Below are positions 11,401 to 23,232 of a stretch of DNA of 64,000 nucleotides, piece after piece. The stretch is taken from the NCBI GenBank assembly GCA_004431415.1, contig QPMI01000473.1:103993-167992 (forward strand), read 5' to 3'. The position numbers were made by a program, and so were the translations under genes. The first letter of the stretch is position 1, and every line of letters begins with the position of its first letter. The notes beneath the pieces were generated by a model that saw only the letters and a list, made by a program, of their open reading frames with translations, made no database searches and had not been told where the DNA came from. This DNA comes from Cyanophora paradoxa CCMP329. Taxonomy: Eukaryota; Plantae; Glaucophyta.

Positions 11401-13422
11401 TAGGTCGTGGAGATCGACGAGGCGGGGCAGGAGAAGGCGCGGCGCGCGTCGTACATGCACCTCGGCTCGGGCGCGGCGACGCCGACGCGGGCGGAGGCCT
11501 CCGGATCCAAGCCCGTCGCGGCGCCCGACCTCCACGAGGCGCTGGAGAGCGCGCGTAAGAGCGCGCGGGGCGCCGGCGCCGACCGCGAGGCCGGGCCCGG
11601 CGAGGGCGGCGCCCGGAGCGCCTCGAAGGGCTCCAGGATATCGGCGGGGGGCCTAGGCCGGAGGGCGGCCAGGGCGGCGGCGGCGGCGGAGCTGAAGAGG
11701 GACGTCAAGGAGTCCAAGGCCGGCGACAGGGGCAAGGAGAAGGAGCGCACCGCCTTCAGCGCCATCGAGCGCACGCAGCTGGTGCGGGCGGGCGGGGGGC
11801 GGCGGTATCTAGGTCTAGCCCTGGGCGCGCCGGTTGACGGGCGCCGGGCGCCGGCAGGTGGCGGCGGTGGTGTACGCGGACCTGGAGGCGAACGTGCAGC
11901 GCGAGGTCGTCTACGCCGGCGCGGTGCGTGCGGGACCCGATTAGCGCGCCCTGGCTCGGCGGCGCCGGCGCCGGCGGCTGAGCGCGAGCCGTGCAGCGGC
12001 GCTACGTGTTCCTGAGGATGGCGACCCTCGCCCGCGAGATCTACGTGCGCCCCGCCCGAGCTCGAGCTCGACGCTGCGGCTGAGGGCAGCTGGCGCAGGT
12101 GAACGACGGGTTCCTGGCGCCGCGGCACGAGCTGATCGACCGCATGCACGCCGACCTGCGCGAGTACGAGCGCCTCCACAGCGGCCTCAAGTACGGCTCC
12201 ACAGACCTCGGCCTCCGCGGCACCGACGGCCGGTGCGCCCGGAACACAGTTTTCGCGCAAATTTCGCGCCTGCGAAAAATCGCGCGTGCGGTCTGCGCAT
12301 GCCGCGCTGACCGGAGCTCGGGATTATAGGCAGAAGGAGATCTCGGACATTCTGTACGAGCCGCGCGCGTGCTACCACATGGAGGTGCGCGACCCTGCAT
12401 CTGCTGCAGCTTTCATGAGGTTTCTTTACGGTTTCGCCGCGTGCAGCCGGAGGACTGCGGGGAGGACCGCTTCAAGCCGCTGAGCCTCGTGACGACCGCG
12501 GGGGCCGACTTCATCGCCGCCAGCACCTTCCTCTGGGCCCGCGAGGCTCGCCCCGCCCAGCCCGGTTTTCTCTCTTGTGCTTCTTCTGAGCCCACTATTT
12601 CGCGGGGGCAGATCCTGGCGCAGGAGGGGGCGCTGGACGACGGGGGGGTCTTCGTCGGGGGCCTCCGCGCGACGGGCGGCTCCACGGCGCTGGACGCCGA
12701 CTACGACATCCGCAGCCTCTACAGGCGCCTCCGTTTTACTCCGCTCCGCCTCTCGCGCGTGTCTCATCTGGCCCGGGGCGCGCAGCCGGTCGCCGAGCCT
12801 GGAGAAGCTGATGCTGCTCCGCAACGAGATCGACGACGCCTACGCCGTGCGCACGCCGATCAATACATATTCTTTGATTTCTAGATCTAGATCTGTAATG
12901 GCTCGATCTGTAGGATCGCCACATCTCATATTGAAAGTCCCGTTATAATTGACGCGTACGTTAGGTGATGCTGGATATCTTCGTGAAGGACGCGTACAAG
13001 AACGTGAAGGACGTCGGCGCCGTGGAGGCCGTCATCCTCGCCCTCGGGGTCCGCCTCCCCGCCCGCGCTCACGTCGACTTCGCGATCGGCGTCGCCCCCG
13101 GCGATCGAGCTCGAGCTCACTGACCGCGCGCCCGCCCCCGCCTCCAGCTCGTGGCGCTGGTGGCGATGTACTTCGTGCTCTTCAAGGGCATCCTCTCCCG
13201 CCTCGGCGACGGTCCGCCAGCTCGATATCGATTCGAAGCTTTCCAATTTCCGCATCCGACGCTTCGCCTCGCCTCGCCTCGCCTCGCCTCGCCTCGCGCG
13301 CAGAGTCGAACCGGGCGATCCAGCTGCTGCAGACGGTGCCGCTGAGCTGCCGGGAGGACCTGAAGCACATCTACGCCTTCGTCGACAAGAACGCCGCCCT
13401 TGACGCCGACGCCGACGCGTGA
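5485..13422 (+). CDS. TmcB/TmcC (tiny macrocysts)-like multi-pass membrane protein with TPR-like region; about 30 introns
   Basis: Spliced exons give hydrophobic N-terminal helices, then YKAGLRLFPRSAFVLL...KANEAYKELARKFPKSKMLLRSYGQFLADVQHDPEMAAMQFARADSIEEQE (TmcB TPR-like signature). Further TM segments and a C-terminal ESNRAIQLLQTVP motif follow. Stop TGA ends at 13422. Confidence 0.7.
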
Positions 13423-13833
13423 GGCGTGACCCCCGCCGGCGATCCATCCGCGTCGCCAGCGTCGAAGGCCGGCCCGCGGCTTCTCTCCGTGAACTTCGGA
13501 ATGCGGTTCTGACTGCATTCGAATTTCTTGCGAACGTTTCGGCGCGTCTCGGTGCTCTTTTTTCATTCTAGGCTGCCCAGGCTGGGCGCGTCATTTTAGG
13601 CTGGGCCGTCTCGCATTCATTCCTGTTATAGACTAGAAATCGGTGAAAGCGTGTTCAGCGGCTCGGGCTCGCATTCAGCTTCAGCACTTTTCGCTGTAGC
13701 TGGTCAAAGGTTATTCATGTAAGCATAGTTTAATTTTGTTGTAGAACTTTGCATACAGCTGTACTTATCAAAGCGCGCTAGTCTTTATCACGTGTATCTG
13801 AAATCGCATAGTCTTCAATTCATATCGATATCG

Positions 13834-13923
13834 CTATCGATATCCCTGTCGTCCTATTGTCGTTATTGACTCAATAGTTCCCAGGGCCACATAACGACAA
13901 TAGGACGACAGAGATATCGATAG
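13834..13923. repeat. Near-perfect inverted repeat (33-bp arms, ~24-nt spacer)
   Basis: CTATCGATATCCCTGTCGTCCTATTGTCGTTAT pairs with ATAACGACAATAGGACGACAGAGATATCGATAG, one mismatch. Confidence 0.85.
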
Positions 13924-14331
13924 TCCGCCGGTATAGTACCGTGGCACGCGCATAACACAGCCGATTGCAATCGCATACTTGTTTTCGCGAAAACATGAAC
14001 GCTTTACGCGTCTTATTGCCTAGTTAGTCAGAGGGAGACGTTGTTCGCAACCGTCGACGTCGTCCAAATATCGATCAATTAAGTACAAGTGAGCTTGGCG
14101 CTGCACGTGTACATGTCACGATCACTTGTAATTGGCCGCAAGTTGCAAGGGGGGAAAGAAGACCGAAGGTCTTCCCCCCTTGCTTCCCGTTCCCTCGCTT
14201 CAGCCAAAATTTCTTCTATGAGGCCGTTTTCGAGGTCCAGTTTGCAACGCGGGGAAAAAATGGGCCGAAATTCGGTTGCAGCGACACGTGTTTGTCGCTG
14301 CGGCCGTCCATGCAAAAAAAGGTTTTCGAGG

Positions 14332-14760
14332 GCGAAGACCAGTTTTCCTTGACTTGAAGCCTGGAAACCAACTTCTCTCTCATTCCGATCTTCGAATTCC
14401 TTCCGCGGTTCTAGCGAAGACCAGTTTTCCTCGACTTGAAGCCTGGAAACCAACTTCTCTCTCATTCCGGTCTTCGAATTCCTTCCGCGGTTCTGCATGG
14501 AACCAGTTCTCCCTATAGCTAGCTGTCTCCTGTAGATTTCGGCTTCCTCGCAGTGCGTCGCGTACGCCTTGCTCTTCGTTGCGCGGTTCTGCATGGAACC
14601 ACTTCTCCCTAGCTGTCTTGCTCGATCTCCTCTAGATTTCCACTTCCTCGCACTGCGCCGCGTACGCCGCACGGAATTTCTTAAAAATTCTCCCTAGCTG
14701 TCTTGCTCGATCTCCTCTGGATTTCCACTTCCTCGCAGTGCGCCGCGTACGCCGCACGGT
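14332..14760. repeat. Composite tandem repeats (2 x 82 bp, then ~3 x 80-95 bp)
   Basis: GCGAAGACCAGTTTTCCT..CCGCGGTTCT at 14332 and 14414. CTCCCTA..GCTGTCT..GATTTC..CTTCCTCGCA.TGCG.CGCGTACGCC is repeated three times. Confidence 0.8.
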
Positions 14761-15383
14761 ACCCGTGCCGCCTGATCTACTTTTGACTGCATCAAGCTTC
14801 CACCGCAGCACGTGTACCGAAGCACGCGCAGCCCGTGGGCCGGATTGGCCCGTACCGCGTAGCTTTTCCTCGCGATCCAGCCTCTCAGAGTCTGCCCGCA
14901 GCCGCATCGCTGCGCCGACCTCGTTGGCGCCCCGGCCGCTGTCCCTTCGCGCCGGGCGGTCTTGCGAGCTGACCAGCTCTTGCGAGCGCATCAGCGGCAA
15001 ACCGATCGCGAGCGTTCGAGTTGCATGTTCGTGCCACTACTACTCTTTCATTACATCCCGATTCCCCCCTTGCACCCCCGGCGCGCCAAAACGCGGCCGG
15101 GCCACTAGTACATGTCTGAATTCGAATTTACCGTGTATACGTACTAGTACGTACAAATTAAACTATAGCTAGATCTCATATGCATTCCCCTATTCGGAGG
15201 CACGCCAGCCGCGCGCGGACTACCCATGGCCAGCGGCAAACTCCGCGCGTGTGCGCGCGGACCAATATTCAATGGCGGCAAGCGCTTGTCATTAGTCGAA
15301 TTCGAAATTCATTTCGAGATATGGTCCAAAGATTTGGTTCAAAGAAAACGCGAAAACAAACATTGCCGCGGGCTGCACTGAAG

Positions 15384-18300
15384 CTACACTTCCTGCGAGT
15401 CGTTCGTCTCGGGATCGCCCCCGTCGCCCTCGGGCTCCTCCTCCCCCTCATCGCCCACCTCGGCCCCGGGCTGCCCCACGTCCGCGCTCCGCCCCGCCTC
15501 TGCACGCGCCCCGCGGCCGCCGGCGTACGCGTCAGGGAGAAGTTTGGAGAGCTAGAGGGCGCTGAGTTCGACGGGGCCGGGCGCGCCTGCGTCCATGGGG
15601 TCCCAGCTGAGTCCCGCCGAGGCGCCGGCGACGCCGGGCGGGCGGAGGCCAGCGCCCGACGCGCCCTCGCCCTCGCCGGCCTCCGCCTCCGCCTCCGCGG
15701 CCTCCTCGGCCTCGCCCTCGAGCTCGCCCTCCGCGGGTGCCGGCTCCGGCTCCTCGAACTCTCCGAGCTCCGCCTGCTGCTGCCCTTCTGTATCAGGCGC
15801 GCAGCACGTAACACCAAATACAAACTTGCGAAGCGAATAGGCCGACCTGCAGCTGTTCCTCGAGGTCCTCGTCGGCGTGGGCGGAGCGCGCGTCCTCCTC
15901 CTTCGACTTGCTCTCCTCCCCGTCGACGTCCCCGCCCCCGTCATCCTCCTCCTTCGACTTGTTGTCCTCCTCCTCCGCCTCCTCCGCCTCGGCCTCCGCC
16001 TGGGCCTCCGCCTCGGCCTCCGCATCGTGCGGGGCCGACCGCGACGCTCCGGCGCTCGCCTCCGCCGGGGCCGGGGCCGCCGCGCCCTCGTCCTGGCTGT
16101 CCCCGACCTCCTCCAGCTCGCGATCGGGGTCCGCATCGGCGGTCTCCTTCGGGACGGCCGCGGCCGCGGCCTCCTCGCCGCCCCGGGCCTTCTTGCCCTT
16201 CCGCTCGCCCTTCGCCTTGCCCTTCTTCGCCTCCGGCTGCGCCCGCTTCCGCGGTCGCTTCGCCGCCGCCGCGGACGGGCTCGGCTCCTGCGCGAAAACG
16301 CGCGAAAGCGATTAAAAGAGGCATGAAGGACGCTGGCGGCGGGCCGGGGCGGACGGGGTAGGCCTGCTGGGAGCCCGGGATGACGACGTCGGGGCGGGCG
16401 CTCAGCTCGAGCTCCTCCTCCTCTGCGGACGCGCGCCTCAGGGGGGCGGGAGGACGGGGGACGGAGGGGCGGGCCCTGGGCGTCGGGGGCGGCGTCGGGG
16501 GCGGGGGCGTCGATCTCGAAGAACTCGCGGTAGCGCTCTTGCTGCGCCCCGGGCGATCACGGCGTCGAATATTACACTGTAATCAGAAGCTGAAGCCTGG
16601 GCGCACCGCGCGGTGGACGAGGACGGAGAGGAGCTCGGCCTGCGGGCCCGGGGCGGACGGCTCCGTCAGCCGCGGCATCGAAGCGGATCGGGCCGGGGGC
16701 GCGGGCGGGAGCTCGAGGGGGCGGGCCTGGCGGTACTCGTGGCGGTAGAAGTCGTGCGCCTCCATCACGTTGTTGATCATCAGCTGCACCTGCGCGGCGG
16801 CGGAAACACGGGACGGTGTTAAGACGGTGTGGAGGCGGTGCAGCAAGAGGCCTAGGCGCGCGCGCGCACGTCGGCCCAGAAGGAGGACCAGGTCTCGTAG
16901 CGCCCCGCCGCCTGCTTCGCCCGGACCTACTCGCGAAGCGTCAACTGCGATCGCTCGAGCGTGGAACGAGAATAGTGCGGGTGCGCGAGCGCGCGCGCGC
17001 CTCGGCGAGGTCGATGCGGAGGCAGGGCGTCTCCTTGCGGCGGTGGAAGAGGGTCTTGAACTCCTCGTCGAACATCGCCTCGATCTGGCGGAGTGTTCAA
17101 TGCCATAGCTCGGAGTTATTTCGCGCATAGACGAATCGAAGATGCCAGGAGCAACCCCGGAATGAATTATCGTATCGATTGTGAGCGCACCACCTTGCCG
17201 ATGAACTGCTTGAGCGTGGCCTTCTGGCCGTTCTTCGGCAGGCAGCGCTGGCAGGCGCGCGCAGCCGCGGTCAGCATAATTTCAGGCGAACAGAGAAGAG
17301 CGCACCAGCGAGTCGGGCTCGGGCGCGTCAACGAGGGGCCTGAAGGAAAATTAGATGCGCGATTTCGCGCAAATTTGCGCTTGCAAAAAACGGCGCACGT
17401 GTCGAAGCACTCCCAGGGGCTGATCGCGGGCGGGTCCTGGTAGTAGTCGAGGTACCACTGGCCCGTCTTCTTGTTGAAGTTGTACCACATGACGCTGCGG
17501 GGGCGCAGGGGCGCTAGCTTAAGGCCGGGAATTCACGCTCAGCAGCGCTCACGGCGCTTTGTTTCGCTGGCGCCTCACCGGAGGGAGTCCCAGGGGCTGT
17601 CGGGCACGTCGGGGTCGGCGGGCACGCGGGCGAAGATGCGGCCCTCGTGCCAGAAGGCGATCCCGGGGTACGCCGGGTCGTAGAACGGCGTCCTGCGCAC
17701 GCGCGAGGTTCGCGTTGAACGGGGGCGTTGGCCCGGGAGGGCGCCGGCGCGCACCGGAAGTGATCTCCCGGCTTCCAGTTGTTCGAGACGACTGCGACCG
17801 CGCGCTTCAGCAGGAAAGCGCAACAGATCTAGAAGGCTCGAGCTCCAACGCTCGCACCATCGAGGTAGTCCTGGCGGCGGAGGAGGTACGAGGGCACCTC
17901 GGTCGTCTTCTCCTCGATGAACGGCATCGTCACCGCGGCGCCTGCGAGCGAGCGAGCGAGCGCGGATCGAAGGAAATCTCGAAGCGGCGCGGGTTGAGGA
18001 TCCGGATCCGGACCCTTCGGCTCGTAGTTGGGCTTGGGAACCACGCGGTCCGCAGACTGCGAGCAATCGCGACCGAAAGTTAGCTATAGCCTCGCGCCTA
18101 AGCTTAAGGGGCAATGCAATTTAAAAGGGGCGGACGAAGGAGCGCCAGGTCTCCTCGTCGAGCTCCTCGACGTGCAGGGACGTCCACTCGGCGCCGTCGC
18201 CCTCGCCCTCGCCGGCGGCGGCGGCGGTGTTGGAGAGGATGCGCCCGAAGCGCACGCCGACGGAGGCGTCGGCGAGGGCCGACGTGTCCGAGACGAGGCC

Positions 18301-21300
18301 CGCCTGCGCCACCAGGTCCTCGTGCTGGGCCAGGAACACGTCGAACGCTGCCGGGGCCGGGGCGCCGGCGGGGCGCTGAAGATTGAGAGACGGCCGCAAA
18401 AATCGCGCGAAAGAAGAGACGGGGCACCCTGCGGGAACCAGACGACGAGGTCGCCCCGCTCCAGCGGCTCCCGCACCTCCCACGCCGTCGAGACCTGCCA
18501 CCGCGAAAAATGAGCGGAGCGCGAAAACCGCCGATGATCGATTTTCGCGGAGCGCGCCTGGGCCGTCTCTTTCTTGAGCTCGTCCCACTCGTCGCTGGGC
18601 TCCACTGCGAAACGCATTCATCACATTTAATGAAGATACCTCCGCGAAAACAACGCGGACCCTTCGTGCGCTTCTCCTTGACGGTGGTGCCGTCGGCTCC
18701 GCCCTTGCGCTTCTTCGAGCCCGGCGTCTTGAGTGCCGCCGACTCCGTGGTCTTCTTCTTCTTCTTGTCCTGCGCGCCCTTCGTCTTGTCCCGCCCGCCC
18801 TTCTTCACGCCCTTCGCGGCCGGCTCCACCCTAGCACGAAGGATTTTTAATTAGAAACGAGCGAAAGCAAAGGAATTCCATGCCCCGACGCTCACTTCTT
18901 GGCCATGGGCTTGGGCTGCGGACCGGCGTCGCGCATCGACTTCCTGAAGCCGACCGGGACGGCCTTTGTCTTCTTCTTGGGCGCCGCGTCGCTGTCGCTG
19001 CCGCTGCTGCCGCCGTACTCGCTCCCGCTCTCGCTCCCGCTGCTCGATGCCCGCTTCTTCTTGCCGCCCTTGCCCTTCGCCTTGCCCGCCGCCTTCGGTT
19101 TGGGCTTCGGCTCCTCGTCCTCCTCGCTCTCCTCGTCGCTCTCCTTCGGCGGCGCCGGCCGCCGCGGGGCGGGGGCGGGCGGGGCGCCCTTGAGGGCCGA
19201 GGGGCCGCCCTTGCGGGCCGAGGCGGAGGCGGTGCGCTTGGGGTTGGAGGAGGGCGGGCGGGAGACGACGGGGGCCAGGCCGCCCATCAGCGCGGCGTGC
19301 GACGCGGAGACGGCCTTCGGCGCCTGCGCGCGCGCGAACACCGACGGTCAGCCTCGAAGCTAAGCGGCCGTCAAGAAATTGAATCCGAGGGCGCGCGCAC
19401 CGACTTCGAGGCGTCTGAGGTCGAGGAGGCGCCGGCGGTGGTCGCGCGGGGGCGCTGGGGGCCGAGGCCGGGCGCGGGTTCGCGGCGGCCGGAGCAGCCG
19501 CGGCGGCGGCGGCCTTGGCCGGCGCCGGCGCCGCCTTCGCGGCCGCGGGCTTCGACGCAGCCTTCGCCTTCGGCGCCGGCGCCGCGCGGCCCTCGTCGTC
19601 GGCCGCCTCCGCGTCGGAAGCGGCAGCCTTCTGCAGGTGTGAAATCCGTGTAAACTAAAGTTCTTGTCAAAGATGTCGCCAACAAACTCCGCGCACCTGC
19701 GTGGATGCCTTCTCCTTCTGCTTCTTCGCCGCCTTCTCGGGCTTGGAGCCGGAGGCGGCGGCAGCCTCCGGGTGCTCGGCCTCGTGCGCCGCCCGCTCCC
19801 GCTGGAACCGCTCCTTGTCCGCCGCCGCCAGCTCCTCGTACGGCTGCCGCGGATCAGAGTCGAGCTCAAGATTCAATTTAGTAAATTAAGATTGAGAGAG
19901 AGCGGACCGTCTTCGCCTCGGCGGGGAGGGCGTTCCACTCAGCCGCGACGCGCTTTCCGACTTCGCCGAACGACAGGGTCGGCTCGGACTCCTTGAGCTT
20001 CGCCCGCGCCTCTGTGATCGGATGCGAAGTTGTTATGTTTATCTAATTGCAAGCACGAGAATTCGAATTTCGAAGTTGAATTATTCAGATCTAGAACGAA
20101 TTTGGTGCACCGTTCGAAAAGAAATTGAATGCGTTCTTGGCACCAGCAGGCGCCGTGGGGTCCTTCTTCGGCTTCGAATTCTTCTTTGCAGCCTGTAATA
20201 CAATGCATGCAAAGACTAGATTAGAAGTCCAGATTATAAAACGAGATGCTCTTGTTTGCGGAACTGACCTCGAAGCCCTCGGGGGGCACGTAGGATGCCA
20301 TCTCGCGCTCGTAGCGCGCCTTGTCCGCCGCCGCCTTCGTCTCGTACAGCTGCGAAATTTCATCGTGGCATCACATCAGTTCAAACTTGAATGAGATCAA
20401 CTAATTATAATATAAAGTGAATATGCGATCAGGCGCCCCGCACCGCCTTCTCTTCCGCTGTCATCTCTTTCCACTTCTCGCCCTGCGCGTGGGGACATAG
20501 AATCAAGCAATCATACGGGCCGTTATCGACAAGCTGTACATGTGTGGTCTTCGCATGGCGCGAAAATTAAAGAAACCGACACTCACGCAAATCTTCATGA
20601 GGTCGGTGCTGCTGACGCTCATGTTGTTCTGCTTGATTTTCTCGCGGTTCTCTGGCCATGGCGACGAGCACATGCGCATGCTTCAGCGGTTGCGAATCGA
20701 GCAACAGCAAGAAATGAAAGGACAGAAAGTCACACCGGCGCAGAAAATGGCGTAGGAGTTGGAAGGGCGCTTGGGGGCTCCGGGGTCCTTCGGGGCACTC
20801 TTGCCCCCCTTGGGCTTCTCCTCCTCGTCTTCGCCGCCCTTGCCCTTGCTCGCCTTGGCCTCCTTCGCGCCGCCGGCCTTGCCTTCCTTCGCAGAAATCG
20901 CCTTGCCGCTCTTCTGCTTCAAGTTTTATAGAGATCAGAAAGGGCGAATTTCGAATCGATCGCGAGCATTCATTAAATTTCGCATATCAAAGCGCGCCTC
21001 GAAGCCCTCGGGGGGCACGTAGGATGCCATCTCGCGCTCGTAGCGCGCCTTGTCCGCCGCCGCCTTCGCCTCGTACGGCTGCGAAAAAACATCGCGTCAG
21101 TTCAAGATATAATTAGATCGACTGAAATGAAACACGCGATCAGGCGCCCCGCACCGCCTTCTCTTCAGCTGTCATTCCCTTCCACTTGTCGCCCTGCATG
21201 CGGAGAATCAAGCCATCATGATCAGACGGGCCGTTAATGGCGGGCTGTAAAACAGAAAAAGAGCGCACCGTGAGCTTCCCGATTTCGCCGAAGCTCGCTC

Positions 21301-22700
21301 CGGGGTTCTCCGCCTTGATCGACTCGCGCTTGTCTGCACGAGGTCGGGCGGCCGCGGGCGTCAGTCCAGAATTCGAAGCTTCAAAACGAAATGCGGCGCT
21401 CGAGCGCACCGGCCGAAAAGTAATTGTAGGCGTTCGTGGGCTTCTTGGGCGCGTTCGGGTCCTTCGCAGCGCTCTTCCCTCCCTTCTCCTTACCGGCACC
21501 GTCGCTCGCGTCCGCCTTCTGCCCGCCCTTCAGCGTCGGCGTCGCGAGGGCCGAGAGAGCAACTTTAATATCTAACTTCAGATCGCACCTTCGATTTCTC
21601 CTTCGGCGCCTTCGGCTCCTTCGGCTTCTTCTCCTTCTCGGCCACCGGCTTCGTGGCCTGCGCACGCAATCGGATGTTGCTTTAAAGGCTATATATATCA
21701 CAGAAGTTCGACTGCGATCTTGAACCTTCAGGGCGGGGGCGGAGGACGAGGGCTCGGCGCTCTTCTTGGAGATCTGGATGAGGGTCTTCTTCGCAGGGCC
21801 CGATGCAGGGGCCGAGTTTGCAGCTGGGCTCGCGATCGAGGCCGGCGCAGCCGGTGCGGCGGATCCGGAGGCCGAGGCCGGCGGCGGCGGCTCGACAGCG
21901 CCCGAGGAAGAGTCTTCAGCGTTCGAACTCCCCATCGATATCACCTGTTCTGAGGCCTGCGCACTGATTAGTGCGCATCGCGTGTGCACGGCACTTACGC
22001 GGCCTATAGCTACCTTTGCGCTGGGCTTCGCTGGCACGGATGAGCTTGCGCCAGCCTGTCGCGTTGGTGAATAGATTAATTTTTGATTTCGCGAAAGCAG
22101 GAAAGAATCGATTCACAGAGGAAGAAGCGCTCTGGCTCGGAAGCGCTGAGCTTGAGGCTGCCGATGCATTCGCCGAGCTGGCTTTTGCATCGCTAGCAGC
22201 GCTGGCGTGCTTCCCCGCGACGACGGCCGCGGCCGCCTGCGGGGCCTCCTGAACCTCGTCGCCCTCTGCGTCGAAACTCTGCGAAAGAAAGCGCGGGAAC
22301 AGATGAGGTGCCGCTGGAAAGCCTCGGCCGCGCAGAAAATGATTGCAATGACTCGAAAACGGTGCTTTCTAGTTCCAGAAGATAGCAGGCGCCCCTCGAA
22401 GCCGCGAATGGCCGCGATCGAATTTTCGAACGGTGGATGAAGGCGCACCTTCGCTTTCGGGGGGCCTGCGGGCGCCGCTGCAGCTGCCACGATGGGCTTC
22501 TGCGCGCGAAAGAACGCCGCAAACCGTCAGGGGCGGCAGAATTCCAGGGAAGAGAGGATGCGGGGCCTGGCCAGGCTCGTGGTCTAAAAGCGGGCAAGCG
22601 CGCGCACCGGAGCGCTCTTCCGGGCGCTCTTTCGCTGCGGAGGCTTCACGACGAGCAGCGGCTTGACTTTCTTCTTCACGTTGCAATTGGGGTCCGCCAT
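15384..22700 (-). CDS. Chromatin protein: 3 HMG boxes + BRWD/PHIP-ARF-type DD/AD (cryptic Tudor) domain + bromodomain-like remnant; many introns
   Basis: HMG boxes: KDPNAPKKPTNAYNYF, KDPGAPKRPSNSYAIF, KDPTAPAGAKNAFNFF, each followed by a W...Y...AAADK.R(Y/F) helix. An in-frame splice at about 18895/18830 links to GDLVVWFPQAF...FWHEGRI...PDSPWDSL.VMW...ISPWE, then VQLMINNV. ATG at 22700, TAG at 15384. Confidence 0.7.
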
Positions 22701-23232
22701 CGTCTCGGACCGCGTTCTTCGCCGCTGGTCGCCCGCGGCTAAGAATTCTTGCGCTGAGGGTCTTCGCTCAGCGAGGCGAGTGTGCGAAACGCGGCGGCGG
22801 GCGAGAAGGGCGCGTACGAAGGCCGCGCGCTCGCGCTGCGGGGCTACCAGATTCTGAAATCGGGGCCGGGGGGGTGGAGCGGGAAACGAAAAAAAAGTCA
22901 TCCTCGGACGCCCAGTGCCCGTCACAGGCTCACGAGACCGGAGAATCGCAGAGCGCGTGTTTTTGCCGCGCTTGTCCCCCCCTGTCTAGCTGGAGCCTGG
23001 AAGCGCCCGCATCTTCCTTCGATCGAGGAGCGCTTTGAGGCTTTCTCGCTCGCATGCGCATAGAGCCAGTTTCCCATCTGCAGCAGCAGCAGCGTTTCTA
23101 GATCTCGATCAGCAATTGCAGCGCTAGCCATCGCGCGCGCAGCGGCGTAGCTAGCAGATGAGCTCATCAGCGTTGTGATCTATGTCGTGCAGCTCAGCGT
23201 TGGCCAGACTGAGAGATCGGGAGGGAATCCGG

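Noticed and set aside
5485-13422. Stop-codon reassignment to explain interrupted frames
   Set aside because: The stops I checked fall inside GT-AG or GC-AG introns, so the standard code suffices.
14332-14760. CRISPR-like repeat array
   Set aside because: The units are long tandem duplications without unique spacers, there are no cas genes, and the context is eukaryotic.
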